A stretch of DNA of 63,059 bases, filler included, from Chiloscyllium plagiosum (GCF_004010195.1; 4 parts of 2 records of this genome joined end to end with filler, not necessarily neighbours in it); one strand, 5' to 3'. Shown: positions 46,766-59,774, counted from the whole stretch's first letter. The notes: generated by a model from the sequence alone, not told the origin. Numbers and translations are program-made.

Positions 46766-49409
46766 TTTTTTTAATGGACATGAACTGAACATGTTAGCCT
46801 CGGCAATTGAACAAACCCAAATTTACACTTTTTTTTGCAATATGTGGACTGACAACTGTTTGTGATCATGCAACACATCAGGACATATGAACATCTCTTC
46901 CGTTAGAATCCTTGGCCATTTATAATAAAGAATAACCACAACTTTGACCAACCAGTATCGTGTGTAATTACTGAACTGAAATACCAGAGGACAACTATTG
47001 CATTTATTGGATGGAATGATAACATATCCTCACTGTGGCAGTGGGGATTAATCTCAGGAACAAACAGATAGATACTCTTGATTATTCCACAGTAATTACC
47101 TGGTCATGAACACCTTTGTGTGACCTCATGTTTAGGGCTTTGTGTGAGAGTTGATTTTAAAAGAAAATCAAGATATTTTACAAGATTTAGGAACACATTG
47201 ATAATCAAGTGTTAAACATATTAACTGAAGTCAACTTTTTTTTAAAAAGTGCGAGAATTGCTTAGAGAAACGCAATTAAACTATTGTAGAGACCCTGTTA
47301 GCATAGTGTTGTAGCAGGCCATTTGTCGAAATAAATGACCCTCTAAAGAGTAACCCACGCAAACGCATTTCCCGACCATATTTCTTTCCATTTCCTGCTG
47401 AGTAATACACACATCCCTGAACATGAAGTGCAANNNNNNNNNNNNNNNNNNNNNNNNNNNNNNNNNNNNNNNNNNNNNNNNNNNNNNNNNNNNNNNNNNN
47501 NNNTAACTGACTAATGAATAATTGGAAGTGCCATATCTTTACTTTACAGACGAAGAAAGCGACTTGTTTTTCACCTTTGTAACATTGCAGAATACCAATG
47601 TGTGTGTGTTCCAAATGTTTGAACCAAGCACTTTCGAGCATAAAACACTGATGACTTACGATCACTTAGCCTGTTCATCTTTAAGACCACAACATTCGCA
47701 AATATTTTCCAGGAATTTAGAACCCAGTAGAACTAGTTAATTTCTTTTCTTGGGAACCTGAAGAGAATAAACGGCAGATACTGTGAATTAGTCATTAATT
47801 GCGAACATTCAGCTGAAGACAACATCCCTACTTTCCAAAAATGTTCAACTTCCAAAAATTCAAAATTTATTGTCATTGTTGAATGAAGCAATAAAGAGAT
47901 GTTCATTCTTTTTCATTTGATTTTGTTGCATGAAAAATCCTTAAGTCCTATTGTGATTACAAACAGAATAAATGTTAGCACTGAAGTCAGATATAATTAA
48001 ATTAATTCAACTATTTTTTCGTAGATAAAATAAAAGTTGATATTTACAATGATTGAAAGATTAGACACTGCAATATCATTACGTTAGTTCATGTACTGTG
48101 TCGTGATTCCACATTTGCACAATGTACTCGATTGAATAATTACTAAATTTTATTAGATATCAGCAATAATTGAATTGTCAAATTCTATCAATGCATTAAG
48201 CAATAATGAAAAATCTCGTTTTGCTATGTAGTTGAGCAATGTCTGGAAATGAACTGAAATTAATTCAGTGAAAAGTATTTACATTTCCCTAAATCTTAAG
48301 GCTGAGATGACCGTTATCATTCAAATGAGCAAACATCAGATGTTTGCAATGATGTTGGATGGGAAGTCAATGGTTCTGTGGTGGGACAGGTGACCTGCAA
48401 AATAAATGAATTTTCACACTGTAGTATTTGTACTAAGAAACAATGGATAAATTTAAATGTGAATCTCACTATGCTTGTTCAAAAGACTTTCTTAAATAAT
48501 GGTGCCATTATTGTAATGACAATGACTTGATCATTAATGTTAGACATGAAGATTGTTAATGATTCAATATTTCAAAAGCACTTTGCTGTGATGTTGATTG
48601 ATTATTTATTAAGGTCATTGAACTGTGGAATATAACATAGTAGATAGCTTTATTGATTGAAGACAAAATGAGCCATGCAACGATTATTGAACAAAGTTCT
48701 TTTTTTAATTCAAAAATATATGTGATACAAGAATTGTGAATTTCCATCCACTGGATTTCTTGTAGATATGCTACATTGGTTTATATGTTTAATATTATGA
48801 TCAATGTTTAAAGATTGGTGTCAGAATTAGGAAGAGAATTAGTAGATCATGAAAGTGAGCATGAAACTGAACAAACAATGTAGCCAATGACATGTGGTGT
48901 ATAAAGTGATTTAATAATTTTATTATTATTATTATTATTATACAATGATGAATAATGTTGCAATGGAAATGACAAAGAATTTCAACGTGGACAAAGCAGT
49001 TCTTTTCTTACAATGAAATGAAAGTAGTAATCATTTTGTAGCACGCATGACTTGAAAAAGCAGTCTTTTAATGTGAAATATACTGTAGAGTGAAGACTAA
49101 CCTAGCAAAAATGTAGGAATTTCACAATTTTGAAATGTAATGTTTGTTGAACTCACAACAAAATGGTTATAATTTGAATTGTCTCTTGCACACACCCAAC
49201 AAAAAAGGAGCTTAAAGATTATTAGAATGTCAAAACTTTGTTTCCAGTGTTATTGTACTACAGACAATATCCCTGATAAAGTAAAATTATTTGTTTAAAC
49301 AACGTAAATTGTCATTAACGACAGAACTGAAATATAAGATATCAATTGCACTTACAGCATGGAATAGTAAACAATGCTTACTGTTGTCATTAGTCTCAAG
49401 AACAATAAG
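46766..49409. repeat. Segmental duplicate of the AT-rich flank 33725-38730, lacking the CR1
   Basis: Near-identical collinear sequence. Confidence 0.95.
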
Positions 49410-50113
49410 NNNNNNNNNNNNNNNNNNNNNNNNNNNNNNNNNNNNNNNNNNNNTTAATTAATTAANNNNNNNNNNNNNNNNNNNNNNNNNNNNNNNNNNN
49501 NNNNNNNNNTGCTTCTTCCCCTCAATTTTCACTTTTAAATGTTGGTTTCAAAATCCTGCCTGAGACTCGTACAATCAGGCTGGAAACTTTGCTGCCTTCT
49601 GTTGCTAAAGAGGAATAAACACGCTTTATAAAGGCCCACTGATCTTCCTACAATGTTAAGAATTTACTACATATGATCCAAGAGTGTCAACAACAATCTG
49701 CCCAGGGATTATTGATCTCTTTTGATGAGAGAAGGCATTTGATTGGGTTGAGTGGCCGGATCTCTTCTGTACATTGGAACGGTTTGGTCTATGCAAAGTT
49801 TTTATCAAGTGGGTGAGGGTCCTTTACCGCGATCCTCTGGCTGCAGATCTCACTAATGGTGTGGCCAACCAGTAATATTAATATGTCTCCAGGCAGCCAA
49901 CAAGGTTGACACCTTTCACCATTGTTGTTTACGTTGGTGATTGAGCCACTGGCGGAGGCCATCCGTAGGGATGCCAACACATCTGATCCAGAAGTGGGAC
50001 AGAAGTCACGTAAGATTACATTGTATGCAGATGAGGGTCTTAAGTTTTTTTTTGTCAAATCCTGCAATTTCGGTAGTTCAAGTGATGCAATGCATTAATT
50101 CGCTTGTTGCCTT

Positions 50114-50401
50114 TCCGGGCGATAAGATTAATTTTACAAAGTTGGAGGCCATGCCTATGGGAGGTCTTGGGGAAATACCTTTTACTGAGGCCAAATCCTG
50201 GTTTCCTTTTAAATGGTCACGGGGGTGGTTTCCCTATTTCAGTATGTCCATTACGTCTCCGGGCGATAAGATTAATTTTACAAAGTTGGAGGCCATGCCT
50301 ATGGGAGGTCTTGGGGAAATACCTTTTACTGAGGCCAAATCCTGGTTTCCTTTTAAATGGTCACGGGGGTGGTTTCCCTATTTCAGTATGTCCATTACGT
50401 C
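50114..50401 (+). repeat. Perfect 144-bp tandem duplication within the L1
   Basis: 50114-50257 equals 50258-50401. Confidence 0.9.
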
Positions 50402-50677
50402 TGTCTTTGGTTATTTATTTAACGTGAACTATGTCCATTTGTTTGTCAAAATTAAACAAGACCATCAAAGATGGGAGGCATTTCCAACATCCTGGCTAGG
50501 TCGGATAGCTGTTATTAAAATGAATGTCCTTCTTCATTTGCGATACCCCGTGTGAATACTTCCTTTGATGTTTCCCAGACAGATATTTAGGAAACATAAT
50601 GACTTGATTAGCTCTTTTATTTGGCAATATAAGCGATTCTTTATCAAGCTAACAAAATCCCAACTGCCCCACAGATT

Positions 50678-50708
<31 letters not shown>

Positions 50709-51090
50709 GGGGGGGTTGGGGGAATGCGGTGGGGGGGGGGTGGTAGATCTCCCCGATTAACAACAATCAATAAAGTTTTTTTTTCATCGTGTGTTAGTGT
50801 CTGGCTGGCTGAGGACTCGGCATGAATACAGCGAGACATTGAGCCCTCTCAGACAAAGTGAACCCTTATTGGTCTGTTGTTCTTAGATAAAATGACAACA
50901 TTTATGGAGAATTTTCATGATCTAATGATCATCAATACTGTTAAAGCTTGAAGGACAATGCGTCAGATCGAGGGCAATACAGCCAAAACCATGTTTCTTT
51001 CCCCTATAATTGATATACCGCATTGTCAGCCGGGGATACTGGATTCCAGGTGTAAACTGTGGGCAGCGAGGGGGTACCTTGCTTGAGTAA

Positions 51091-51416
51091 TTTAGAATTA
51101 GTAGAATCCCTACAGTGTGGATACAAGCCCTTGGGCCCAGCAAGTCCACCTCGACCCTCTGAATAGTAGCCATACAGACCCATTCCCCTACCATCCTATA
51201 TTTACTCTGACTAATGCCCAAACCTACACATCCCTGAACACTATGTGTGATTTTTCAATGGCCAATTTATCTAACCTGCACATCTTTGGACTGGGGGAGG
51301 AAACCCACACAGACACGGTTGAGAATATACTAACTCCACACAGCCAGTCACCCAGGGCTGGAACCAAACACGTGATCCTGGTGCTGTGAGTCAGCAGTGC
51401 AAACCACTGAGCCACG
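51091..51416 (-). mobile_element. HE1-type V-SINE nested in the L1
   Basis: Reverse-complement head, core and tail. Confidence 0.85.
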
Positions 51417-51799
51417 ACATTTTACTTGAGGGGGAAACAATGATATCATTTTAACAAATAACTCGTAAGTATGGACCTAGTAGAGACCTCTTCTGTTTTT
51501 TTCAGATTAGAGATTTGATTAAAAAACACAATTTTAACAGACACTTATAGATCTGATGCAGAGAAGCAGGTGATTATTGTAAAGAATACACTCTCTGTCA
51601 GTACCCTTTCCTGGGCCTGCCCAGATTATCTTACACAGATGCACATGGGAAAAATATATCCTTACTTCCTGTGCAAGGAAAAATATTCTGTTGTGTTGGA
51701 TGTCTGAAGACTCCGCGGGTCTGTTGGGTCTTTGTAAGCTCATCATTGAAAATATCCCTTTGGACTTTCTCACCAGTATGGTGCACCAAAAAACATATC

Positions 51800-53437
51800 C
51801 CAAACAAACCTAGGCCCACCTGCCAGCATTTGGCCAATAACCCTCCAAACCTTTCTTATTTATTTACCCATCCAAATGACTCTTAAATGTTACACTTGTA
51901 TCAGTCTCCCCAACATCACCTGCCAGCTTATTCAATACACGTACCACTCTCTGTGTGAAATAGTTGTCCCGTAGTTCGCTATTATATATTTTCCCCCTCA
52001 CCCTAAACCTATAACCTCTCGTTCTGGCCTCCCCGACCCCAGGGAAAAGACTTTACCTACTTACCATATCTATGCACTTCATAATTTTGTAAACCTCTAT
52101 AATGTCATCCCTCAGCCTCCGACGCTCCAGGGAAAACAGCCCCAATCTGTTCAGCCTCTCTCTATAACTCAAATCCTCCAACCCTGGCAACATCCTTGAA
52201 ATCTTTTCTGAATCCTTTCAAGTTTCACAACATCTTTCCGATAGAAGGGAGACCAGAATTGCACACAATATTCCAACAGTGGCCTAAACCATGTCCTGTA
52301 CAGCTGCAACGTGATCTTCCAACTCCTGTACTCAGTACTCTGACCAATAGAGGAAAACATGCAAATCGTCTTCTTCACTATCCTATCTACCTGCGACTCC
52401 ACTTTCAAGGAGCTATGAACCTGCACTCCCAGGTCTCTTTGTTCAGCAGCACTCCGTAGGCCCTTACCATTAACTGTATAAGTCCTGCTAAGATTTGCTT
52501 TCCCATAATGCAGCACCTCGCATTTATCTGAATTTAACTCCCTCTGCCACTTTTCAGCTCATTGGCCATTTGGTCAATCTGAGGTGACCGACCTCGCTCT
52601 CCACTACACCTCCAATTTTGACGCCATCTGCAAACTTACTAGCTGTACCTCTTATGCTCGCATCCAAATCATTTATGTCAATGACAAAAAGTAGTGAATC
52701 CAGCACCGATCCTTGTGGCACTGCTCTGGTCACAGGCCTCCAGTCTGAAAAACAACCCTCCAACCACCACCTTCTGTCTTCTACCTTTGAGCCAGTTCTG
52801 TATCCAAATAGCTAGTTCTCTCTGTCTTCCATGAGATCTAACAATGCCATTCAGTCTCCCATGGGGAACCTTATCAAAACCCTTACTGAAGTCCATACAG
52901 ATTACATCTACCCCTCTGCCCTCATCAGTCCTCTTTGTTACTTCCTCAAAAATCTCAATCAAATTTGCGAGACATGATTTCTCACGCACAAAGCCATGTT
53001 GACTATCCCAAATCAGTCCTTGCCTTTCCAAATGCATGCACATCCTGTCCCTCAAGATTCCCTCCAACAACTTGCCCACCACCAACGTCAGCCTCTCTAG
53101 TTTATAGTTCCCTGGCTTGTCCTTAACACCCTTAAACAATGGCACAATGTTAGCTAATTTCCATTCTTCCGACAACTCACCTGTGACTATCGATGGTACA
53201 AACATCTCAGCAAGAGGTTCAGCAATCACTTCTCTAGCTTCCCACAGAGCTCTAGGGTACACCTGATCAGGTCCTGGGGATTTATCCAGCTTGACCCGTT
53301 TCAAGACATTCAGCACTACCTCCTCTGTAATATGGACATTTTGCAAAATGTCACCATTTATTTCCTTCCTTTAATATATTCCATATCCTTTTGCACAGTA
53401 AATACTGATGCACAATGCTTGTTTAGTATCTCCCCCA
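51800..53437 (-). mobile_element. 5'-truncated CR1 LINE, frameshifted
   Basis: KSPGPDQVYPR, DFSKGFDKVPH, VPQGSVL, RPLLEYCVQFWSP. Confidence 0.95.
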
Positions 53438-53964
53438 TACTTCCTGTGCTTGGAAAAATATTCTGTGGTGTTGGATGTCAGAAAAACCCCCGTGTCTGTT
53501 CCGTCGTTGTAAACTCGTCATGGTGAATATCTCTTTGGACTTTCTCACCTGTATGGTGCTCCGAAAGAGCAGAGATTTGCATTAAATATGTCAACCCTTT
53601 TCAGATTACTGCGATGCAGGCTTATCTGCCACTCTAAAAAGGGCTTTTATATAGCCATGACGATATTGTTTAATGAATTACATATGAAAAATTATGAACT
53701 TATGAATGTGTATCAGTTAATGCTCTCTAAGAACGAGAGCTATCATTTTGTTATGCTGAGCCGTATTATTTATTTATTATTTATTATTTATTTTTTGGTT
53801 TTCTTCGGTCCATTTAGCGACTTTAACTTATTTTGTATGTACATGCATGTGACTGTAATTTTGTTCAGTTATTTGAGTTGTTTTGTTATTGGTTTAATAA
53901 AATAATAAAAATATATTTTCAATAAAAATATTTGTTAAAAAATTAAAATGCTAATATTGACAGA

Positions 53965-54121
53965 TGAGAGTCCCATCATTAGAGAGACCTCTCATGGTGG
54001 TTTATGTCGAACGTCACCACACGGGTGATGGGGTGAGGTTGAGAGAGCATCCCCTTTACGGTAACCTCTGTCAGTGTGGGGAATTGAACCTGCGCTGGTG
54101 GCCTCCCTCTGCATCACAAAC
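53965..54121 (-). mobile_element. tRNA-derived SINE fragment
   Basis: Minus-strand B box GGTTCAATTCC with a SINE body; a related fragment lies at about 8600-8700. Confidence 0.55.
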
Positions 54122-54196
54122 NNNNNNNNNNNNNNNNNNNNNNNNNNNNNNNNNNNNNNNNNNNNNNNNNNNNNNNNNNNNNNNNNNNNNNNNNNN

Positions 54197-54855
54197 TTAC
54201 CATATATCAAAGAAGTTTCAGAAATGACAGCCAGACTACAAAGTCCCCTCGGAATCCTAGTAGCAATAAAAAACCCAACAACACTCTCAAACAAAAACTA
54301 ACAAACTTAAAAGACCCAGTACAACCCATGGACAAAACCAACGTCATCTACAAAATTCCATGCAAGGACTGCCACAAACACTACGCAGGACAAACAGGAA
54401 GAAAGTTAGCCACCAGGATACACGAACACCAACTAGCCACAAAAAGACACGACCCTCTCTCCCTCGTAGCCCTGCACACGGGTTAAAAAAGAACACAATT
54501 TCGACTGGGGCAATACGTCTATCCTGGGACAGTCTCAGCAAAGACATGCCAGAGAATTGCTAGAGGCCTGGCATTCCAACCACAACGCCCTAAACAAACA
54601 CAGAGATCTCGATGCCATCTATCAACCCTTCAGAAAACGAACAGGAAATGACATCATCACAAACCCAAGTAACCCCATCCAGGAGAAAGATATAAATAGA
54701 AAGAAGAAGACAACAGCTTCGCTTCACTTGGAGGTCACCACTGATGATGTTACCGAGCCAGATAATGAAACGCCTGGATATCAAACCTGCAGCTCAGCGA
54801 GCAAACCAACACCCTAAACTTCAACCTGAGCTACAAACTTTTACAAACCTCGCAT
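54197..54855 (+). mobile_element. Penelope-like element (Poseidon/Penelope group), 3' part with GIY-YIG
   Basis: LPYIKEVSEMTARL; TNVIYKIPCKDCHKHYAGQTGRKLATRIHEH; tail with a hammerhead motif. Confidence 0.9.
54738..54777 (+). ncRNA. Minimal hammerhead ribozyme relic (cleavage triplet mutated to GCC)
   Basis: CCA-CUGAUGA-U-[GUUACC..GAUAAU]-GAAA-CG-CC-UGG. Confidence 0.6.
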
Positions 54856-56257
54856 AACCACAAAATAAGTGCACGTTTTTGATTTATCTGTGGAAAGCGT
54901 GCAGACTGTTGCATGAATTTATAAAGCGAAATAAATATATGGTAAGGAGTGTCCGTCCCCAAGGGCAATGCCTTCTGAACACATGCTAGAAGAAACCCGG
55001 GGTAAGAAGTGTCTGAGAATCATCTGCTCGGTAACAGGGACCTGGGGGTTGAATGACTCAAAGTTCCTGTAACATGAAGCTGCGAAAACCATCAGATCAC
55101 CCCCGAATGTATTGAATATTGGAGCATATTTGAAGTACTGAATCCGGATGATGGATTTTAATTGTGTGTGATTTGTAAAACGTACGTCTCTACTCGATCA
55201 TCTTACGTGTAACACACTGGGGCACAGCCGTTTTCCTGAAACTGGGAATAAGTTGGAACATTAACTGGAACATTTCATAATTGGTATTCTCCAGAATATT
55301 CTATAAATATGTGGGGGCATTAGAAAGGCAAGAGAGAAAGGCAGGGACGGTGCTGTATGAAATAGTGAGAGTGGTGGAGCATGAGCCTTGTACGCGGGCC
55401 GGTGCTATATCAGATACATAGTGAGTGTGAGGGAGCAGAGAAAATACAGTGACCCTTATCTTGACAGAGTGGGGAAGGTTATTGATGCTTGTCCTGTTTT
55501 GCTGGACATTTCTTCAGACTGCAGATATTGCACTGGGGTGGGTGGTGAGCTCAGACCAGGTTCGGTGAGTCTGGTAGTGTGATCCCTCTGGGAAGAGAAT
55601 GGTCCCCTTTTGTACTAGCCCATCCACGAGGACCTCCGTGCTGCTGTCGACAAACCGTGGTGTAATTTCCCCTTAGCTGCCATGCTTGGCGAAAATGTGC
55701 AGGGTAGCTCCAAACCGAGAAAGCGCATCCGTGTGCCCATTGACCTTTTAAAGATAGCACCAGTGTCAGGGATCACCCAATATCCAGGGGCATCCGGGCG
55801 ACTTTGAGTACCTCCAGTCATGATGGGTGGGAGGATCGGGCTGGCTTTGAATGAGAGGGACACCATGGGGTGGGGTGGGTAGCTGATGAGATGAGTTTGG
55901 TAAGATAGCACCAGGAAACTAGCTCGGCCTCGTGCAGACAACCCCTCTGTCACACTCAATGAAAATGTCACTGAGACAGATTTTTGTTAGATTCAGCCCA
56001 GTGAGGCGAAGACTCTACTGTCCTCTATCCCAGTTACGAAGCTGCACAACACATGCTCATCCAAAACTCTCCATCACGTGAACTCACAGCAATATCCCTT
56101 TCACTCATAATTCTTCAAAATACTGACCCGTGTTGGATGACATATCGAAATGTCTTCATTTCAGCATTCTGAATACTGTGAACATATCCCTCCATTGCAT
56201 TTTTTTTCTCTCTCTGCACAGGTTCCACGTCAAAACACACTCATTTACAGTCATACT

Positions 56258-57520
56258 GCATGAGACTGCCAGTATGACTGGCCATTTGGCCCAGCTGGAC
56301 CATACCAACCAAAATGTCCATCCACACTCAGACCATTTCCTTGCCCTTGTTCTGTATCCTTCTAATCCTTTACTAACTGTGTATTTGTCCAAATGCCTTT
56401 TCAATGTTGCTATTGTACCCACCTCAATCAGTTCCATTGACAGCTTAGTCCGTATGCGTGCCACACTCTATGTAAAAAAAAAAATGCCCCTCAGGTTCCT
56501 TCTTTTTTCCCTTTCCAAACATAAATGGATGTCCTCTAGTCCTCGATTCCCCAACCTTGGGAAAAAATTGAAGTATTCACCCCATGCACACCTCTCATGA
56601 TTTTATAAGAGTTACACTTCTATAAGAACCCCCTCAGTTTCCTATGCTGTAGAGAAATAAGTTCTAACCTGTAACTTAGCGCCTATAACTTAGCGCCTTT
56701 AGCCAAGGAAACATATTTGCAAATTTATTCTACATTCTTTCTAGTTCAAGACTATCCTTTCTAGAGCAAGGTGAACAAAACTGTACATAATACTATTCAT
56801 CATTAAACTCCTACCTGGATTTGACTTTCCAAAATGCAAGACGTCACACTTATCTATATTAAACTCCATTTGCCATTTCTCAGCCCACTTCCCCAGCTGG
56901 TCAAGGTACTGCTGCAATTTCTGATAACGTTTCTCACTGTAAAAGATGCCTCCTAATTTAGTGTCATCTGCAAACGTACTAACCTTGCGTTGTGCATTCT
57001 GGTCCAAACCATTGATATAGATAACAAACAGCAATGGGCCCAGGACCGGCCTCTGAGGCACTCCACTGGTCACAGGCCTCCAGTCGGACAAGCATACCTC
57101 CACCATAGCCATTTGCTTCATAACGTCAAGCCAATTGTGCTGACAATTTGCCAGTTTATCTTGGAGTCCATGCGATCTAACCTACTAGAGCGGCCTGCTA
57201 TGTGGAACCTTATCAAAGGCCTTACTGAATTCCATACAGATTATGTCCCCCACCCTGCCCTCGTCAAACTTCCTGGACACTTCCTCAAAACACTCTATCA
57301 AAATTTGTAAGGTATGATCTGCCACGCACAAAGCTATGTTGACTGCTCCATGTCAAACTCTGTCTTTCCAAATGCATGCATATCTTTTATCTCGGAATAT
57401 TCTCAAGCGGTTTCCGGAAACAGATGTGAAGCTTACTGGTCTATATTTCACAGGCATTTATTTGCAGCCCTTCCGAATGAGGGCACATTTTCTACTGTCC
57501 AGATTTCCGGGTCCTTGGCT
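56258..57520 (-). mobile_element. Degenerate CR1 LINE
   Basis: VTSGVPQRPVLGPLLFVIYIN, FADDTKLGG, WQMEFN. Confidence 0.9.
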
Positions 57521-57599
57521 CCTGAACGGCCTACTCTCGCCTCTTGCAGTGCTCTTAGATATCTCGGGTCAGGACCAAGAGATTTTTCTGACTTTATGC

Positions 57600-59491
57600 A
57601 TTGTTGTGGTTCTGTTCGCCGAGCTGGAAGTTTTTGTTGCAAACGTTTCGTCCCCTGGCTAGGCGACATCATCAGTGCTTGGGAGCCTCCTGCGAAGCGC
57701 TTCTTTGATGTTTTCTCCGGTGTTTATAGTGGTCTGTCCCTGCCGCTTCCGGTTGTCAGTTTCAGCTGTCCGCTGTAGTGGTTGGTATATTGGGTCCAGG
57801 TCGATGTGTTTGTTGATGGAGTTTGTGGATAAGTGCCATGCCTCTAGGAATTACCTGGCTGTTCTCTGTCTGGCTTGCCCTATGATAGTAGTGTTGTCCC
57901 AGTCGAATTCATGTTGCTTGTTGTCTGCCTGTGTGGCTACGAAGGGTAGCTGGTCGTGTCGTTTCGTGGCTAGTTGATGTTCATGTATGCGGATTGTTAG
58001 CTGTGTTCCTATTTGTCCTATATAGTGTTTTGTGCAGTCCTTGCATGGTATTTTGTACACTACATTAGTTTTGCTCATGTTGGGTATCGGGTCCTTCGTT
58101 CTGGTGAGTTGTTGTCTGAGCGTGGCTGTTCGTTTATGTGCCGTTATGAGTCCTAGGGGTCGCAGTAGTCTGGCTGTCAGTTCTGAGATGCTCCTGATGT
58201 ATGGTAGTGTGGCTAGTCCTTTTGGTTGTGGTATGTCCTCGTTCCGTTGTCTTTCTCTTAGGCATCTGTTGATGAAGTTGCGCGGGTATCCGTTTTAGGC
58301 AAATACCTTGTATAGGTGTTCATCTTCTTCTTTTTGCAGTTCTGGTGAACTGCAGTGTGTTGTGGCCCTTTTGAATAGTGTCCTGATGCAGCTTCGTTTG
58401 TATAGAGTGTTTGGATCCGCTGACCAGGTGTTTCAGTTTCTGTTGTAGTTCTTTGGCCAGTTTGTATGATGGTGTCCCTGTTAGTGATACTATGGGTCTG
58501 AGTGGGATGTCTGGTTTGTGTACTTTAGGTAATCCATAGAATTTGGGGGTGTTGTTGCTTTCCGGTTTCATTCTTTGTAGGTCTGCTCTGGTTATCTGTC
58601 CGTTTTTTGTAGATTCCTTAGTGTGTTATTTATCCTATTGGTGAGTTGTGGTGTGGGGTCAAATTCCTTCATTTGGTAAGTGTTGGTATCTGCAAGTAGT
58701 TGTTGTGCTTTTTGGATGTAATCTGATTTATCTGGGATGACCGTCATTCTGCCTTTATCTGCTGGTAGTATGATTATGTTCTTATCGTTTCTTAGTGATT
58801 TCAGTGCTTCTCTCTCCTTGGTGTTGAGGTTATGTGTTTGTCTTTTCCTTATTATCATAGTTACGACCGTTTGTCTCACTGTTTGTTGTGTCTCTTCTGT
58901 CAGTCCATTGTTCCTGAGTGTGCATTCTAGTGCTGCTGGGAAGTCTGCTGTCTTGGCGTCCCTATGGTTGTAGTTGAGTCCCTTGGCCAGTATTGTTCTT
59001 TCCGTGTCTGTGAGCTGTCTGTGGGAGAGGTTTTTAACCCAGGTGTGTGTTGTAGTGTCCTCTTTGTTGTGTGTTAGTTTGGCCATTTTTTCTTTTAGTG
59101 CCGTTTTATTGCGGTGTGTTGTCCTGTTCTGTCCTATGGTGACAGCCTGTTCTATCGTCCGGGTCCATTCACGATTAGTGGTTTTTGAAATTAACGACTT
59201 TTGGCGCGCAATTTCTTGTTTGTACTTGTGGAGTCAGTTGTGCGCGTCTGTGATCATGAACTGGGTCATCCTGAATCCGTTCCGCTTGGCTGTTTCCCTG
59301 GCTTGTGGGTTGTTGACTGGCGATCTGTATCTGACACATTGAGGATGGATTCGATTCTTTCGGCATTCGTGTAGGAACCGGAGTTGTTCGTATGTGGCGC
59401 TTTGTCGGTTAGCGCAGGATTCCCATTTCCTGATTTGTCTCAGCGTCTCTCGCCCGTAAGTGTTCAAAGTTTGTGCGAAGATTTGTAGCTC
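57600..59491 (-). mobile_element. Penelope-like element with internal deletion of the RT core
   Basis: WVKNLS..KGLNY, PADKG and FYGLPKVHKPDIPLRPIVS are joined directly to KRSCIRTLFKRA..NGYP and GIY-YIG VVYKIPCKDC.KHYIGQ. Confidence 0.92.
57639..57678 (-). ncRNA. Minimal type I hammerhead ribozyme in the PLE 3' end
   Basis: GCA-CUGAUGA-U-GUCGCCU-AGCC-AGGGGAC-GAAA-CG-UU^UGC: intact catalytic boxes, stems I and II, palindromic ACGU helix III. Confidence 0.75.
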
Positions 59492-59774
59492 CTAGCAGCA
59501 CTAGAATCCACACTCAGGAACAATGGACTGACAGAAGAGACACAACAAACAGGGAGACAAACTGTCGTACCTATGATAATAAGGAAAAGACAAACACATA
59601 ACCTCAACACCAAGGAGAGAGAAGCACTGAAATCACTAAGAAACGATAAGAACATAATCATACTACCAGCAGATAAAGGCAGAATGACGGTCATCCTAGA
59701 TAAATCTGATTACATCCAAAAAGCACAACAACTACTTGAAGATACCAACACCTACCAAAAGAGGGAGTTTGACC
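59492..59774 (+). mobile_element. Inverted Penelope fragment fused to the 5' end of the minus-strand copy
   Basis: Near-identical reverse complement of about 58658-58940. Confidence 0.9.

Larger units (their letters stand above)
49560..53945 (+). mobile_element. Degenerate L1-clade LINE (ORF2 RT to 3'UTR/A-rich tail), internally deleted, with nested SINE and CR1
   Basis: [56 protein letters not shown]-terminal ARKNILLCW..IPLDFLT; AATAAA and an A-rich end. Confidence 0.85.

Noticed and set aside
51662..51792. Minus-strand HTGEK peptide suggesting a C2H2 zinc-finger exon
   Set aside because: There is no C2H2 pattern, and the plus strand is L1 ORF2.
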